NCBI GenBank assembly: GCA_045645625.1 | Contig: JAZRJD010000049.1 | Coordinates: 13,890-77,889 of the forward strand | Direction of reading: 5' to 3' | Length of the DNA stretch: 64,000 bases | Origin: Alistipes sp. | GTDB taxonomy: Bacteria; Bacteroidota; Bacteroidia; Bacteroidales; Rikenellaceae | Part shown: positions 60,462 to 64,000 of the stretch, in pieces | Layout: the number at the start of each line of letters is the position of its first letter | How positions within the stretch are numbered: the stretch's first letter is position 1 | The notes under the pieces: generated by a model | The model's database searches: none | Told to the model about the DNA's origin: nothing | What the model saw: only the letters and a program-made list of their open reading frames with translations | Program-made: the position numbers and the translations under genes

Positions 60462-60630
60462 CAATAAAACGGAAAACTGAAAAACCAAAAAAAACTAACA
60501 TAAAACCTTAAAAAAACAGAGACAAAAAAAACAGAAACATTAACAAAAACCATTAAACAATTTTTACAAACAACAAATTTTTACTATTTTTAACCAAATT
60601 ATTTATCAAACTTTCAAAAACTTTAATGTT

Positions 60631-61590
60631 ATGAAAAAGATGTTTTTATTTGCTGCGGCAGCGATGGTATCGTTGAGCAGTTGTGTTCAGTCAGAGACTG
60701 TTTACACAGGACAGGTACAGGAGATGGGCTTTAAGTCGGCCGTAACTCGTGGTATTATTCAGAGCAATGACGACATGATTTATCCTATTGCCGTAACTGC
60801 ACAGTTGAAGGACAAGGCTGCAACTACTTATGAGAACTACTTTACAAACGCACAGTTTGTGTATGATGAAGGCTCTTCGTTGTGGAAGGGCGAGCCAGCT
60901 CGTTACTGGCCAACCAGTGGTGACATCGATTTTCTCGCGTTCTGTCCTTATCCAGCATTGGCTGTAATTACCAGCAATTACGACACAAATGGTGCATTCG
61001 AGACAATGGTTATCTCGGGCATCGACAACTCTATCAAAGATCAGCACGATATTCTTTTCAGCGATCTTCTCAGTGTTGAGGCTCCTCAGACTTCGGCTCA
61101 GCCATTGCTCTTCCACCACGCTACTGCACAACTTAACCTTACATTCAAGAAGACTGACTCAGCAGCTGCGGTAATTGTTAACTCGGTGAAAATCCACAAT
61201 GTAGGTGTTTCGGGTACTCTTACTGTTACACCTGTAAGAGGTGGTAGTAGCACAGCAGTTTGGACTCCTGACACACCAAAATTGCGCTACTTCTTGGATG
61301 CAGACGCAACAGGTATCGAGGACGGTACATTGGACGCAGAACTTACCAGCTCATCAACCTACTCGCCAGTTCCAATGTTAGTGCTCCCAGGTACACAGAC
61401 TCAGATTGAGATTGCTTACACCGTAGATGGACACGATCAGGTTTATATCCACGATCTCTCTACAACAGGTGAGACATGGAATATGGGTTACAAGTATACC
61501 TACAACTACACTATCAATGTGAACGAGATTATCTTCGACTGTACAGTTGACGAGTGGGATACTATTGATGGTGGTAACATCACTATCTAA
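60631..61590 (+). CDS. Fimbrillin-family (type V / Mfa-like) pilin, probable major subunit
   Basis: Lipobox LSSC; VTRG processing site; RYWP..G...F.A; L.FHHA; W..GYKYTY; C-terminal V.EW strand. Confidence 0.85.
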   Translation: MKKMFLFAAAAMVSLSSCVQSETVYTGQVQEMGFKSAVTRGIIQSNDDMIYPIAVTAQLKDKAATTYENYFTNAQFVYDEGSSLWKGEPARYWPTSGDIDFLAFCPYPALAVITSNYDTNGAFETMVISGIDNSIKDQHDILFSDLLSVEAPQTSAQPLLFHHATAQLNLTFKKTDSAAAVIVNSVKIHNVGVSGTLTVTPVRGGSSTAVWTPDTPKLRYFLDADATGIEDGTLDAELTSSSTYSPVPMLVLPGTQTQIEIAYTVDGHDQVYIHDLSTTGETWNMGYKYTYNYTINVNEIIFDCTVDEWDTIDGGNITI

Positions 61591-61604
61591 TCTTTTTTTC
61601 TAAT

Positions 61605-61631
61605 CCGTGGGGTGCTTGACCGCCCCCACGG
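61605..61631 (+). terminator. Hairpin after the major pilin gene
   Basis: ccgtgggg...ccccacgg, no U-tract. Confidence 0.55.
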
Positions 61632-61708
61632 GTACTACGATTTAATTGAGAATTGAGAATTGAGAATTAAATAGTTTTCCGTTTTCCGTTTTCCGTTTAG
61701 AAAAGTTT

Positions 61709-62683
61709 ATGCGTAAGGTCTTAACAATATTGCTGACAATGTTGGTTTTGAGTGGTTGTAACGACTCGAAACCGATAGGTGGAGGTGCGTACAAAATCGG
61801 TTTTGCATCGCAGATGAACAACCCTAAACCGAGCAACCGTGCAATTGTGGAGGGAGTTGAAGATTTGCGACAGAATGATATATGCCTCTATGGGGCATAT
61901 ACCTTAGAAGACCGCACTGCGCGAGTCTTTGATGCCGAAAGACTCTACTACGATACCTCGCTTCCGGGTTGGGACTATGCCGTTCCGCAGTATTGGATAA
62001 TGAAGGCAGCATATCGCTTCTGCGCAGTGTGCCCATACGATGTACCTTGCACATTTACCGATGATGGCTCAGTCGCAATTTACGGATATACGGGATATAC
62101 GGGTGGTGCAGATGTGCTCTACGCATCGGCAGAGCGCGACCTTAAAGAGAATGAGGACTATTCGGCAGTGTCGCTGCACTTCCGTCATGCCTGCTCGGCG
62201 GTGCAGTTCAACCTGATAAATGCTTCGAGTCAGGTGCTTACAGATGTACGCAATATTCGACTTGTAGGGTTGCAAAACAGGGGAGATTTTACCTTCGACT
62301 CTAAGGGCTCGGCAGGTTGGGAGTTAGATGGCACGACCATAGGCGACAGCGACTATGAGCAACCTTTTGGCGGTATATGTACCTTGCCAAGCGGTGGTCT
62401 GCCCGTAAATCTGAATGTCAAGCACCCACTCTATGATGAGCAGGTGCTGATGGTGTTGCCCCAAACCATATACAAGACCGATGTGGTGCTCCACTTGGAG
62501 TATATCAAGGAGGGCGATGCCGAGTATGCGGTGCGAAATATACAACTCGGCTGGCTCGGAGGTAAATCCCCTACCGAGTGGAAGGCGGGCGAGAAATATG
62601 AATATAACCTGACAATTACGGATAACACTATTACCGCAGAGGTTATAGTGGTGGATTGGGTTGATAATTTTGTTGATTTATAG
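61709..62683 (+). CDS. Fimbrillin-family pilin
   Basis: Lipobox LSGC; NRA; W.Y..PQYW; L.FRHA; W.AG.KY.YNL; V.DW. Confidence 0.85.
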   Translation: MRKVLTILLTMLVLSGCNDSKPIGGGAYKIGFASQMNNPKPSNRAIVEGVEDLRQNDICLYGAYTLEDRTARVFDAERLYYDTSLPGWDYAVPQYWIMKAAYRFCAVCPYDVPCTFTDDGSVAIYGYTGYTGGADVLYASAERDLKENEDYSAVSLHFRHACSAVQFNLINASSQVLTDVRNIRLVGLQNRGDFTFDSKGSAGWELDGTTIGDSDYEQPFGGICTLPSGGLPVNLNVKHPLYDEQVLMVLPQTIYKTDVVLHLEYIKEGDAEYAVRNIQLGWLGGKSPTEWKAGEKYEYNLTITDNTITAEVIVVDWVDNFVDL

Positions 62684-62697
62684 CAGAAGGATAGAAG

Positions 62698-63693
62698 ATG
62701 AAGAGGCTGTTATATATACTGTTTGCAGCAGCATTGCTGGCAAGTTGCAGCGATGGGAGTGACCTCACTATTGCCAACCCGAAGGAGATAACCTTCAATG
62801 CCGAGCATGTCTCGCGTGGCGCACTCAACCAGACCGATATAGATAACGGTGTGGGTAAGGTCTATGTCTGTGGCGTGCAGAACAACTCGACAAAGATATT
62901 CAACAATGTTGCCATCACGCGCGATGCCGCTACGGGAAAGTGGTTCTCTTCGACCAAGCGCAATTGGGTGGAGGGTAGTAACTATTCGTTCCACGCCTAC
63001 GCTTATAATACACTCAACGGTTTGACTTTGGATAGTAGCAAAGATGGTCTTGAAATCTCGGTGCAGCAACCAACATCGTACGATGAGTCGGCGATGATTG
63101 ACTACCTGCTGTCCTACTCCTTCAAGGTGGCCGATGGCGCGATGAAGCCTATCGTGCAGTTGTATCTCGAACATGCGATGTCATTGGTGGAGATATATGT
63201 CGTGCGAGGCAATATGTTCGATGCGCGATTGACAAAGATAACCTTCGAGAATATCTACACACAGGGCTCGATGAAGTGTACCTCGCAGGCGGTTGCCAAC
63301 TCGGGGAACAAGAATGTGTGGGAGGTGTCGCCATCGGGTAGCAACGATGTGACCTATACATTCGAGCCTTCTACGCCTGTTATTATTGGCGATGAGCGCG
63401 AGAATACCGAGGCGCGAATGGCGATAATGTGCCTGCCGCAGCAATTAACGGCAAATACCAAACTCACGATAGAGTACGAAGTGAATGAAAAGGTGAGCGC
63501 AGAGAGTCCCGACAACTTTGTGCTACACCGCGAGGAGTTCCAACTCTACAACTATCAGCCGATGAACTACCAATCGGGGCATCGTATTGTCTATACGGCG
63601 ACGGTAGATTCGGGAGTCAATCTCCAAGGCGTAGTTGCAGCGTGGAAAGATGTTGATTATATTGAAGGTACGGTATTGCCCGAGATAAAATAG
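62698..63693 (+). CDS. Fimbrillin-family pilin
   Basis: Lipobox LASC; SRG; Y.F.AYA; L.LEHAMS; G.R..Y; V..W. Confidence 0.8.
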   Translation: MKRLLYILFAAALLASCSDGSDLTIANPKEITFNAEHVSRGALNQTDIDNGVGKVYVCGVQNNSTKIFNNVAITRDAATGKWFSSTKRNWVEGSNYSFHAYAYNTLNGLTLDSSKDGLEISVQQPTSYDESAMIDYLLSYSFKVADGAMKPIVQLYLEHAMSLVEIYVVRGNMFDARLTKITFENIYTQGSMKCTSQAVANSGNKNVWEVSPSGSNDVTYTFEPSTPVIIGDERENTEARMAIMCLPQQLTANTKLTIEYEVNEKVSAESPDNFVLHREEFQLYNYQPMNYQSGHRIVYTATVDSGVNLQGVVAAWKDVDYIEGTVLPEIK

Positions 63694-63706
63694 AGGGATA
63701 GCAGAG

Positions 63707-64000
63707 ATGAGAGCAATATATCGAAATATAGTTATGCTGTTGGTGGCGGTGGCAGCGAGTGGTTGTATCAGCGACCACGACCTCGGCGTGTCGACACGCA
63801 ACCCAATGGAGGTGCGCCTGTGGGCAGATGTGGGCTACTCGCCAAATCTGACCTATTCGCCACACGCAACAACGCGCGGTAGTGCCAACTCAACAAGTGG
63901 TATCATCGACCCGGCAACAGACTCTATTATAATAATAGGTATGGCTCGTATTGACGAGATGCACACTCCGTCTTACCCCGACTTCCTCAATTGCGGGGAG
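63707..64000 (+). CDS. Fimbrillin-like lipoprotein (3' truncated by window edge)
   Basis: MRAIYRNIVMLLVAVAASGC lipobox; ATTRG; frame open to the end of the window. Confidence 0.7.
   Translation, partial: MRAIYRNIVMLLVAVAASGCISDHDLGVSTRNPMEVRLWADVGYSPNLTYSPHATTRGSANSTSGIIDPATDSIIIIGMARIDEMHTPSYPDFLNCGE

Noticed and set aside
57792-64000. Pilus operon as an ssrA-integrated genomic island
   Set aside because: It lies on the 5' side of ssrA, no integrase is present, and no att duplicate was seen on that side.

Overview
Mostly core chromosome of a Bacteroidales bacterium, probably Rikenellaceae/Alistipes-like (TAnnTTTG promoters, tmRNA tag GNNSYALAA, many lipoproteins). Housekeeping genes: recF, dciA-like, mntP, dsbD, prmA, rlmI, ruvA, uppP, truB, queA, topA, pepC, tadA, aspS, a DPP-IV-like peptidase, addB/addA-like, mscL, a carboxyltransferase alpha subunit, udk, gyrB, ftsE, plus tRNA-Met(CAT) and tmRNA. 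Envelope and accessory modules: (i) a co-oriented dsbD - large lipoprotein - TlpA - DUF6029 barrel - Omp28 cluster in which four of the five proteins carry a redox-type Cys pair, a candidate inner-membrane-to-surface thiol relay and the strongest system-level lead; (ii) an ABC exporter + HPr-kinase-like P-loop protein + S24/S26 peptidase cassette; (iii) two FKBP-like lipoproteins, one with a Tyr/Asn low-complexity insert; (iv) a type V (Mfa-like) pilus operon running off the right end. Intergenic DNA is highly structured: several dispersed short repeat families, 7-bp tandem repeats, antisense copies of the 3' ends of both tRNA-Met and tmRNA enclosing their terminators, an inverted-repeat-flanked promoter-like box, and an alternating purine/pyrimidine tract in the gyrB leader. 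No CRISPR array, integrase or transposase was seen. All family assignments come from motif recognition, not database searches.
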